Positions 49,812 to 57,868 of a DNA stretch of 64,000 bases are shown piece by piece. Below the pieces are notes generated by a model. The model was given only the letters and a program-made list of their open reading frames with translations, ran no database searches and was not told the DNA's origin. The position numbers and the translations under genes are program-made. This stretch comes from Endomicrobiales bacterium (GTDB lineage Bacteria > Elusimicrobiota > Endomicrobiia > Endomicrobiales > CAWCFT01), in NCBI GenBank assembly GCA_963794945.1, contig CAWCFT010000004.1, positions 352,001 through 416,000 on the forward strand. The letters run 5' to 3'. Position 1 is the first letter of the stretch, and every line of letters begins with the position of its first letter.

Positions 49812-50639
49812 TTATATTTCCACTTCCCCGACAAAGCTTACTTCCGCCGGCCCTTCTAGGTATACGTTAGACACAGGCGACAGGAAATCACCCGCGTCGT
49901 TGATCGTGTAAGCAACCGAGAGAGTGTCTCCGCCCTTCGTTACGCAGTTCACCGGAGGCTTTACTATCCCCTTGAGGCCCGCGATTATCGCGCTAGCCGT
50001 AACTCCCGTGCCGCAGGCCAGAGTTTCGTCCTCAACACCGCGCTCGTAAGTCCTGACTATTATCGTGCGGTCGTCCTTTTTCTGGACAAAGTTAACATTG
50101 GTACCGTCCGGAGCGAACTCCCTGTGGTACCTGATCATCCTTCCGAGGCTGACGACGTCGGCCTTGTCTATGCTGTTGAGAAATATGACCGTGTGCGGTA
50201 CGCCCGTGTTGATGAATGAGGCGTCGAATTCCCTCTTCTCAACTTTTAGAGGAAAATCGAGCCTGACGTTCTTGGGCTCGTAAAGCGAAAGCCTGACGTT
50301 CTTACCGAGTATCTCGGCCTTTACAAGGCCCGCGTCCGTTTCGAACGCCATCTTCTTTGGTGCGGCTCCCAGCAGGTGCGCAAAACGCGCGATAGAACGT
50401 CCGCCGTTACCGCACATGGCTGCTACAGAACCGTCAGAATTGTAGTAGCGCATCCTGAAATCCGCCGGCTTTGAATCTTCCAGGAGGATCAGCCCATCCG
50501 CACCGACAGAGAACTTCCTGTTGCAGAGCTTACGGGCAAGTTCGGGTATGTGCCTGGCAAGCAGCTTCTTGCGATTGTCTATCATCACAAAATCGTTACC
50601 CGCCGCTGATATTTTATAGAAACAAACTTTCTTCTTCAC
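49812..50639 (-). CDS. dapF: Diaminopimelate epimerase
   Basis: GNDF, MCGNG, GVPH, NVNF, ERGVEDETLACGTG. Confidence 0.96.
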   Translation of the reverse strand: MKKKVCFYKISAAGNDFVMIDNRKKLLARHIPELARKLCNRKFSVGADGLILLEDSKPADFRMRYYNSDGSVAAMCGNGGRSIARFAHLLGAAPKKMAFETDAGLVKAEILGKNVRLSLYEPKNVRLDFPLKVEKREFDASFINTGVPHTVIFLNSIDKADVVSLGRMIRYHREFAPDGTNVNFVQKKDDRTIIVRTYERGVEDETLACGTGVTASAIIAGLKGIVKPPVNCVTKGGDTLSVAYTINDAGDFLSPVSNVYLEGPAEVSFVGEVEI

Positions 50640-51874
50640 CTTTTAACCTCTTTTATAACCAGGTCGCCGTAGGTTTCCCTGCCGCGAATAAGAACGGCAT
50701 TTCTGCTGTCCACCATAACCTCGGCCGCCCTTACTCTTGAGTTGTACTGGGAAGACATTGCGAAACCGTAGGCACCAGCACACTTTACCGCGAGGTATTC
50801 ACCCTGCTCAAGCCTGGGCAGCATCCTGTCTTTACCAAGGAAATCACCCGACTCGCAGATAGGGCCAACAACATCCGCCTTGACCTTTGACCTGCCGGGG
50901 TTCTTAACCGGCACTATATCGTGATACGCCTCGTAAAGCGTAGGGCGCACAAGGTCGTTCATGCCGCCATCTATCACCAGGAAGTTCTTTCCGCCGGCAC
51001 TCTTGCGGTAAATGACCTTCACAACAAGCACACCGGTATTGCCAACGATGTACCTGCCCGGTTCAAATATGAAAGTGCCCTTGAAATCTTTGAAGACGGG
51101 AAGCACCGCTCCCGCAAGGTCGGCCGGTGTTGGAACGTCTTCCTTGTTATAGCGTATGCCCAGCCCTCCGCCAAGATCAACATAACGAAGAACTATGCCG
51201 GATCTATTGAGGCGCCTGACAATGCCCGCAACACGTTCCGCTGCGGCCTTGAAAGGCCCGACTTCCGTTATCTGTGAACCTATATGCGAATGGATCCCGG
51301 CAACATCAATCCCCTTAAGTTTTGAAGCGTAAACATAAGACTCGATTACCTCAGAATAAGGTATGCCGAACTTCGCCCTCTTCTGGCCGGTGGAAATATA
51401 ATGATGCGTATGCGGGTCTATATTAGGGTTTATCCTGAACGCTACTGTCGCCTTCTTTTTCAGCCTCAAAGCAGTTTTGTTGATGCTGTTCAACTCTTCC
51501 ATTGACTCGACATTGAACATCAGTATATTGTTCTTCAGGGCATACTCTATCTCATCTTCTGTCTTGCCGATGCCGGCGTATACCATCTTCCTTGGCTTAA
51601 AACCGGATTTTAAAGAGCGGTAAAGCTCGCCGCCGGATGTAATGTCCACACCCGCGCCTTCACGCGAGAGTATCTTCAATATATTATAGTTCGAGTTTGC
51701 CTTAAGCGCGTAGCAGATAATATGCGTTACTTTATTAAACGCATTGTTAAATGAATTATAATTTGAAATCAGCTGATCTTTTGAGTAAACGAACAACGGC
51801 GTGCCGAACTTCCCGGCCAGGCCCTCAACGCTGGAATTCTCAATAAACAACCTATTGTTCCTATAAGTGAGCAT
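50636..51874 (-). CDS. lysA: Diaminopimelate decarboxylase
   Basis: YALKAN, HIGSQ, GGG, EPGR, GPICESGD; RBS AAGGA before MLTY. Confidence 0.96.
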   Translation of the reverse strand: MLTYRNNRLFIENSSVEGLAGKFGTPLFVYSKDQLISNYNSFNNAFNKVTHIICYALKANSNYNILKILSREGAGVDITSGGELYRSLKSGFKPRKMVYAGIGKTEDEIEYALKNNILMFNVESMEELNSINKTALRLKKKATVAFRINPNIDPHTHHYISTGQKRAKFGIPYSEVIESYVYASKLKGIDVAGIHSHIGSQITEVGPFKAAAERVAGIVRRLNRSGIVLRYVDLGGGLGIRYNKEDVPTPADLAGAVLPVFKDFKGTFIFEPGRYIVGNTGVLVVKVIYRKSAGGKNFLVIDGGMNDLVRPTLYEAYHDIVPVKNPGRSKVKADVVGPICESGDFLGKDRMLPRLEQGEYLAVKCAGAYGFAMSSQYNSRVRAAEVMVDSRNAVLIRGRETYGDLVIKEVKR

Positions 51875-52037
51875 AATAGTCCTTTTTATCATGTTTATAA
51901 GAGGGATATCATAACAATTTAGGTCAATTTTGTCAATTCCGAAAATCTTTTGCACTTCGGCCAATCGTAATCAATTTTCTATTTAAAATCACTATATTTT
52001 TAATATGTGCGCGTTTCTAGTAATTCTCTGATCTGAG

Positions 52038-55000
52038 CTATCTAATAACAGCATATTTTGGCAAGTTGCGTAGAAATGATCTCAAATAATTTACATTGTT
52101 TTCTTTAAACGTGCTCTTCTTAAGTTTGATACCGGGTCGTTCGCCCCGCACGAACTCGATAGTACCTTCATAATCTTTGGCAAGCTTTAGGACCGATTCG
52201 GCTACAAACTCCATCTTTTCCGATACGTATACTGTAATGTATTCATCATCTTCTATTATGCTTTTTACCTTAAGTTTCTCGGCAAGCAGCCTCAATCCGC
52301 AAATATCCAGCAGGTTGCCGCAGGCAACCGGCATTGGCCCGAACCTGTCCTGTAGTTCGAGCCTCACAGCTGTTATCTCTTCTTCGGATACAGCCGAGGC
52401 AAGCCGGCGGTAGAAAATTATCCTAAGGTCGTCAGCCGTAACGTAATCTTCGGGTATATGGGCCGGAAGAATGAACTCTATCTGCGTTTTCCAAGCTTCT
52501 TCCTTCTCGAATTTCTCGCCTTTTACCTTTTTGCTCATCTCATCAATTAAACGGGAATAAAGCTCAAAACCTATATCGCGCACGAAACCGTGTTGTTCTG
52601 CGGATAATATATTGCCCGCTCCCCTTATTTCCAAGTCGCGAAGCGCAAGCCTGAACCCCGAGCCTAGCTCGCCGAACTCCTGCAGTGCTCTAAGCCTCTT
52701 TGCGGAATCTTCCGTTATCTGCTCGGGCGTGTAGAAAAGGTAGCAGTAGGCTTTCTGTTTTTCCCTGCCTATCCTGCCCCTGAGCTGGTAAAGCTGGGCA
52801 AGGCCGAAGTTCTCGGCTTCTTCTATTATCATCGTGTTCGCGCTTGGTATATCCAGGCCGGACTCTATTATAGTCGTCGCCACAAGCATCTCGAGCTCCC
52901 TGTGCATGAACTGCCACATGGTCTTTTCTATTTCGTGAGCGGAAAGCTGGCCATGGACTATGCCTATTTTTGTACCGGGAACGAGTTTTGAAAGGTAATC
53001 GGCTCTTGAAAAAATAGTTTCAACCCTGTTATGTACATAAAATACCTGTCCCCCACGCGATAGCTCGGCCTCTATCACCCGTTTGACGGTTTTTTCATCG
53101 TACGGGCCCAAGTGAGTTTCTATGGGCAGCCTTCCGTAAGGCGGAGTCTCTATTACAGACAGGTCCCGAAGGTTCGAAAGCGCCAGCGACAGCGTCCGAG
53201 GTATGGGCGTTGCGGACAGAAGGAGAACGTCGACGCTTTTTTTCAAGGATTTGATCTTCTCTTTCTGTTTGACGCCGAACCTGTGCTCTTCGTCTATTAT
53301 CAAAAGGCCCAGGTCTTTAAAAGCGATATCTTTCTGCAGGAGCCTGTGTGTGCCTATTACAATATCCACCAGGCCCCTTTTTGTGTCTTCGATCACTTTT
53401 TTCTGCTCGGCTTTAGACTGGAACCGCGACAGCATAGCGACTTTTACAGGGAAAGGCGATAGCCTTCCCGAGAAAGTCTGGAAGTGCTGCTCGGCAAGGA
53501 CGGTTGTAGGGACCAGCACCGCTACCTGCGATGCGCCCTGCACCGCCTTGAACGCGGCGCGAACGGCAACCTCGGTTTTTCCAAAACCCACATCGCCGCA
53601 AACTACACGCTCCATTGGACGGGCTGCTTTAAGGTCTTCATTAACGTCTTCTATGGCGCGTTCCTGGTCTTCGGTTTCCTGGTATGGGAACGATTCAGCC
53701 AGTTCCTTTTCCCATGTAGTGTCTTCAGGGAACGCCCGGCCCGGAGCATTCTTGCGCTCGGCGTAGAGTTTTAGGAGCTCTTCGGCCAGGTCCTCTGCGC
53801 CCTTTTTCGCCCTCTGTTTCGCCCTCTCCCAGGCGCCGGTGTCGAGGCTGTAAAGTTTCGGCCTGTGGCCTTCGATCCCCACGTACTTAGTTACTACCTT
53901 GAAATCGTCGACCGGCACGTAGAGCTTGTCGCCGCCCTTGTATTCAAGGCAGAGATATTCGTTCTCAGCTCCGCCGCGGACTATTTTCTTCAGCCCCAAA
54001 TATTTGCCTATTCCGTATTTTTCATGTACCACGAAATCGCCCGAGTTTATCTCCCATAACCCCTCGAGGCGCCTGCCGGTCTTAAATTTCGGAAAGCTGA
54101 CCGGCCGCTTTTTATAAAGTATCTGGAGGCTCGTAAATACTGCGAGCTTCCTTTTTGGAGAGCTGAAACCCTCAGCGAGCGTGCCGGTAAATATCTCGGG
54201 CCCGCTTCCGTAAAACCCGCTCTCCCGCAGAATGTCCTCAACCCGCTCCTTTTCTCCCTCGTTGGCGGCGAATATCACGGTTCTGTAGCCGTCTTTCCTG
54301 TACTTCGCAAGCTCAGCCGAGAACAGTTTGAAATTTCCACCGAGCAGGCCGAAACCAGCGAGGTCGAATTCCGGAGAAAGGATATCGTACTTAATATTTT
54401 TAAAACTCCGCGCTACATCCGCCATCTCTTCATCGGGCCCCAGGTCATCAAAGACCACAGTGTCCTTCGGGAGATGGTCCCGGAGCGTGGAGTTGCCGCT
54501 TTCACCTGCGGGTGCGAGCACAAAACTGCTTATGAACTTTTCCGACCGCTGGCTTGACACCTCGAACTCTTTGATCGACTCGATATTGTCGCGGGCAAAA
54601 ACAACCCTTATGGGCTGGGCCCTGTCGGAAGGCCAGATATCGAGCACTTCGCCGCGCCTTGAGAACTGCCCCTTGTCTTCAACAAAATCTATGCGGGAGT
54701 ATCCGAACTTGACCAGTGATTCGATGAGGATGTCGAACTGCATTACTTTCGCGTTCTCGAAAACAAGCCGCGCGCCCCTGAGGGTATCTGGCTCGAACGT
54801 TTTTTTGGAGATGGCTGAATTGCTTGTGATTATTATACCGGAAGGCGATGCTGCTATCTTATTTAGAGTTGTGATCCTTTCAAACTGGTCTGAGGAGGGA
54901 AACAGCAATATCTGCGGGCTGGCCGAGATCTGGCCCAGGGCCTGCAGGCTTTCATGCCAGGTAGACATGTAGTCTTCAGGCGTAACAACAACAAGCACAC

Positions 55001-55079
55001 CGTTTTTGGGCAGATTTTCCAGCGCGAAATAGGCTTTTGCCCCTATCCCCATGGTAGATTGAGCCTTCCCGCTTGTCAT
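52038..55079 (-). CDS. mfd: Transcription-repair coupling factor (true start may be slightly upstream)
   Basis: UvrB-like N-part, CarD-like VVHEKYGIG, GDVGFGKT, DEEHRFG, SATPIPRT, QLRGRIGR. Confidence 0.96.
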   Translation of the reverse strand: MTSGKAQSTMGIGAKAYFALENLPKNGVLVVVTPEDYMSTWHESLQALGQISASPQILLFPSSDQFERITTLNKIAASPSGIIITSNSAISKKTFEPDTLRGARLVFENAKVMQFDILIESLVKFGYSRIDFVEDKGQFSRRGEVLDIWPSDRAQPIRVVFARDNIESIKEFEVSSQRSEKFISSFVLAPAGESGNSTLRDHLPKDTVVFDDLGPDEEMADVARSFKNIKYDILSPEFDLAGFGLLGGNFKLFSAELAKYRKDGYRTVIFAANEGEKERVEDILRESGFYGSGPEIFTGTLAEGFSSPKRKLAVFTSLQILYKKRPVSFPKFKTGRRLEGLWEINSGDFVVHEKYGIGKYLGLKKIVRGGAENEYLCLEYKGGDKLYVPVDDFKVVTKYVGIEGHRPKLYSLDTGAWERAKQRAKKGAEDLAEELLKLYAERKNAPGRAFPEDTTWEKELAESFPYQETEDQERAIEDVNEDLKAARPMERVVCGDVGFGKTEVAVRAAFKAVQGASQVAVLVPTTVLAEQHFQTFSGRLSPFPVKVAMLSRFQSKAEQKKVIEDTKRGLVDIVIGTHRLLQKDIAFKDLGLLIIDEEHRFGVKQKEKIKSLKKSVDVLLLSATPIPRTLSLALSNLRDLSVIETPPYGRLPIETHLGPYDEKTVKRVIEAELSRGGQVFYVHNRVETIFSRADYLSKLVPGTKIGIVHGQLSAHEIEKTMWQFMHRELEMLVATTIIESGLDIPSANTMIIEEAENFGLAQLYQLRGRIGREKQKAYCYLFYTPEQITEDSAKRLRALQEFGELGSGFRLALRDLEIRGAGNILSAEQHGFVRDIGFELYSRLIDEMSKKVKGEKFEKEEAWKTQIEFILPAHIPEDYVTADDLRIIFYRRLASAVSEEEITAVRLELQDRFGPMPVACGNLLDICGLRLLAEKLKVKSIIEDDEYITVYVSEKMEFVAESVLKLAKDYEGTIEFVRGERPGIKLKKSTFKENNVNYLRSFLRNLPKYAVIR

Positions 55080-55225
55080 GTCACCGACAATGATACAAAA
55101 TCCTTATGGATAAAAAAAGGCTGCCTGGTTTACCAGCCTCCTCCGCCGCCATGAATATTCCGCCTTTTATAAGCCATCTCACTATCTTTAAGACTGAACA
55201 CTATGGTTTATAAATTGTTTGAGGC

Positions 55226-55771
55226 CTATGCCTGCTGCTTCTTAAGCGCCGCAAAGCATTCATGGATACATTCTTTTATAGTCTCCAGAAACATTTTGTC
55301 CATGTATTCATCGGTTGCTTTTAACGATTTTATTTCCAGCGAAGCGTCCGCAGAAGCCGTTTTAGTGCCGCCGCCGATTGTAAACTGTATCTTAAGTGAA
55401 AGGTTCACGCCTTCGAATTTTGTAGGCCACTCTGACCTCAATACTTTTTCACCTTTTTCAACAAAGACTGTTATATCGTATCCCTGCCCGTTCTTTCCCG
55501 TATATTTGAGCACCTCATTCTTTATGAATGACTTTTGTTCTTCCGTAAGGGCCGGGCTTACCCGGTCGCTTGTCCCCGCCTTCATAAAAAATTTTGGGTC
55601 AAGAAGACGGTCAGAAACACCGGTTCTTTCATCCACAATCGAAAACGAGCGCATTGTAATCCAGCTAATATACGCGTCTTCAGGCTTAAGGTTGTCGGCA
55701 AGGTATTGGGATTTTACCGCGCAGCCGCAAAAAATGACAAACCCGATTAAAAACACTGAATATCTTCTCAT
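55226..55771 (-). CDS. Hypothetical lipoprotein
   Basis: Lipobox-like FCGC. Confidence 0.65.
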   Translation of the reverse strand: MRRYSVFLIGFVIFCGCAVKSQYLADNLKPEDAYISWITMRSFSIVDERTGVSDRLLDPKFFMKAGTSDRVSPALTEEQKSFIKNEVLKYTGKNGQGYDITVFVEKGEKVLRSEWPTKFEGVNLSLKIQFTIGGGTKTASADASLEIKSLKATDEYMDKMFLETIKECIHECFAALKKQQA

Positions 55772-55863
55772 TATTTACACCATCCACGCTTATTTTTACC
55801 GCACAACCAATGATACAAAATACGCAGGCGTGAAGCAATAATCGGCTGCCCCAACCCAGTTAA

Positions 55864-55891
55864 AACAAAAAGCTCCCGTTGCCGGGAGCCG
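55864..55891 (-). terminator. Terminator after PilZ gene
   Basis: GCTCCCG-gcaa-CGGGAGC followed by TTTTGTTTT on minus. Confidence 0.7.
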
Positions 55892-55920
55892 TGTTTTATC
55901 TCAAACCATACTTGAGGATA

Positions 55921-56247
55921 TTATACTATCGATATCTGCTGCAAAAATCTATCGAGCGCCAGCGTTTGGCCCGGCAGAAGCTTAATGCCGTACGCGCTGG
56001 AGTCAACCCTTTCCTGCGAGTACACGACCTCCCCTAAAAAATCGAACTCCTGGCCGTTTGGGAGGTCGCAGAAAAGCACCAGTTTTACCCCCTTAGGCAA
56101 CTGGTGGGTGCTGATAATGCCGAACCCGTCGTTGCACCAGTTCATTATAAAACCTTTTCCCATCGCTTTTTTGTTTTCGTGCGAGTAGATATCGATAGAG
56201 TTTATGTACGGCTTGCGTTCTTTTCTTCGACGTTCCTGAAAAGACAT
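55921..56247 (-). CDS. PilZ-domain protein
   Basis: ERRRKERK and NWCNDG (RxxxR, D/NxSxxG-like); RBS GGAGG; TTGACA-17-TATTAT promoter at 56300-56328. Confidence 0.8.
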   Translation of the reverse strand: MSFQERRRKERKPYINSIDIYSHENKKAMGKGFIMNWCNDGFGIISTHQLPKGVKLVLFCDLPNGQEFDFLGEVVYSQERVDSSAYGIKLLPGQTLALDRFLQQISIV

Positions 56248-56467
56248 GGTGACCTCCCCTCCTGCAAAGAACAGGCCTTCCTGAGCCAAATACAGCCCCA
56301 TAATATATCTTTGAAAAAATGTTGTCAAGCCGTTTTAACACATGTATCTTCAGCAGTCTTGCCTAGTGAAAATATGTCAGAAAATAGTGGAACGGAGCAA
56401 TTGCTTGCCTCCGGCTGATTTCGTACGATGATACCAGATGGTTACGAACCGGAAAAGGAGCGCAAAA

Positions 56468-57017
56468 ATGAATAGAACACTTTTAGCTTCGCTTTTTATC
56501 GTCACTGTGGCATGTTTTAGCGTATTTGCCAGCGGCCAGGGACGACGAAATGTCCATGCAAAAGCAATTGTCAGCGATAATGCAGGAACAGCATGTTAAA
56601 AGCAGCGCTGAAATTGACCCTGACAGAGCAAGCAACGAACAGCTGGAAGCTTTGGGCGGCGTGATAATGAACATGATGAACCCCACGCAGAAAATGCGCG
56701 AAATGATGGATTTTACGATGGGCGGCTCGGATTCGCCGCTGATGAAGGGCGCCAAAAGAATGCTGGGCTACAGGTATCTAAATTGTGGCCCCGGATCCAT
56801 GATGGGGCTCGGCATGATGGGCTACGGGCCCATGTGCCCGGCTATGATAACCAGCGGAACCATGATGGGCCAGAATATGTCAACTGCCCACCCCATGATG
56901 CACAGCCGGCACTTCTGGGTAGCTTCATTTTTTGTGATCTGGCTTGTAATAATAATTTTGGTTCTGCTTGTAATTATACTTGCGAAAAAGGCGTTCTGCA
57001 AAATGCCTCAGAATTGA
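56468..57017 (+). CDS. Met-rich exported protein with C-terminal TM (possible metal binding), frameshift near 56540
   Basis: RBS AAGGAG, signal peptide MNRTLLASLFIVTVACFSVFA in one frame; LEALG..M..M...MGG...MLGYRY and TM in the next. Confidence 0.7.
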
Positions 57018-57029
57018 TCTTATATAACA

Positions 57030-57182
57030 GAGGAAGTAGCGCGGCAGCGTTATTTCCTCACGGGTATGGAAAGCCCCATTAGAGAGTCATCATTTAGCTG
57101 ATTTTAGCCTTGGTCGGCCCGGAGAACCGCGTTCTTCGGAACAGATCGAGAATGGTGGAATACTTTAATGGGGCGTTTTTTT
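57030..57182 (+). ncRNA. Candidate structured RNA
   Basis: 13-bp hairpin plus a multibranched rod with G-U pairs favouring the + strand, a cUUCGg loop and a 3' U7 tract. Confidence 0.4.
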
Positions 57183-57287
57183 GGTAAAGGAGTGGAAAAA
57201 TATCACCGTTTTGTGTAACCGCACAATTGTCAGGGCGCGGCGTGTTTAATAGAATGACATTGAGGCTCCGGCTAAGCCGATCAAAAA

Positions 57288-57638
57288 ATGAAAACGTATT
57301 TTAAAATCTCAGCAGTTATAATATTTACAATATTTACGGAGACAAATCGCTTGTTTTGCGCCTCCCTTATAGCGAACTTGGCTCAAACAGCCTTAGCCGA
57401 GGAAATGGGGCAAAATAGAATTGTTCAGCTGATTTGCAAATCAGAAATTAAGTCCATATCCTTGCTTCTTTCCGGTTTTAAGCGCAGGCCTATTATTGAA
57501 AGTTATTTGACCGGGTTTTTCGGTTTTTTCAGTATCAAAACTGGCCGCAGTCAAGCGCCAAATAACATTTTCATTCTACACGCTGAGCCTATCAGCTCTC
57601 CGGCCAGGTATGTGCGTCACATACTAAGTGCGGGATGA
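57288..57638 (+). CDS. Hypothetical protein
   Basis: 116-aa ORF with hydrophobic N-terminus; followed by a long hairpin at 57695-57729. Confidence 0.35.
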   Translation: MKTYFKISAVIIFTIFTETNRLFCASLIANLAQTALAEEMGQNRIVQLICKSEIKSISLLLSGFKRRPIIESYLTGFFGFFSIKTGRSQAPNNIFILHAEPISSPARYVRHILSAG

Positions 57639-57794
57639 AAGGCGTGCGGCAAATAGAGCCGCTAAGGTGTTTATATATATCGGGTCAGTGAAAAAGAAGC
57701 TCTCGGTGCCAGGCATCGAGGGCTTCTTGATTTAAACCCGGAATTTCCAAGAATAAGGGTAAATAACGCTATATTTTCGCTGTTTGGTCAAATA

Positions 57795-57838
57795 AAAAGA
57801 AGCTCTTGAGCACGCGCCCAAGAGCTTCTTTCTTTTAT
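57795..57838. terminator. Bidirectional terminator after ppdK
   Basis: AAAGAAGCTCTTG...CAAGAGCTTCTTT with A/T tails. Confidence 0.75.
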
Positions 57839-57868
57839 ATTTTTGACTCTAAACCGCCAGAGTGCAAA

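Noticed and set aside
51880..52035. Lysine riboswitch upstream of lysA
   Set aside because: AT-rich, with no recognisable aptamer motifs or terminator.
57030..57182. Retron msr-msd, SRP RNA or yybP-ykoY riboswitch
   Set aside because: No reverse transcriptase in the window; SRP and yybP conserved loops not found.
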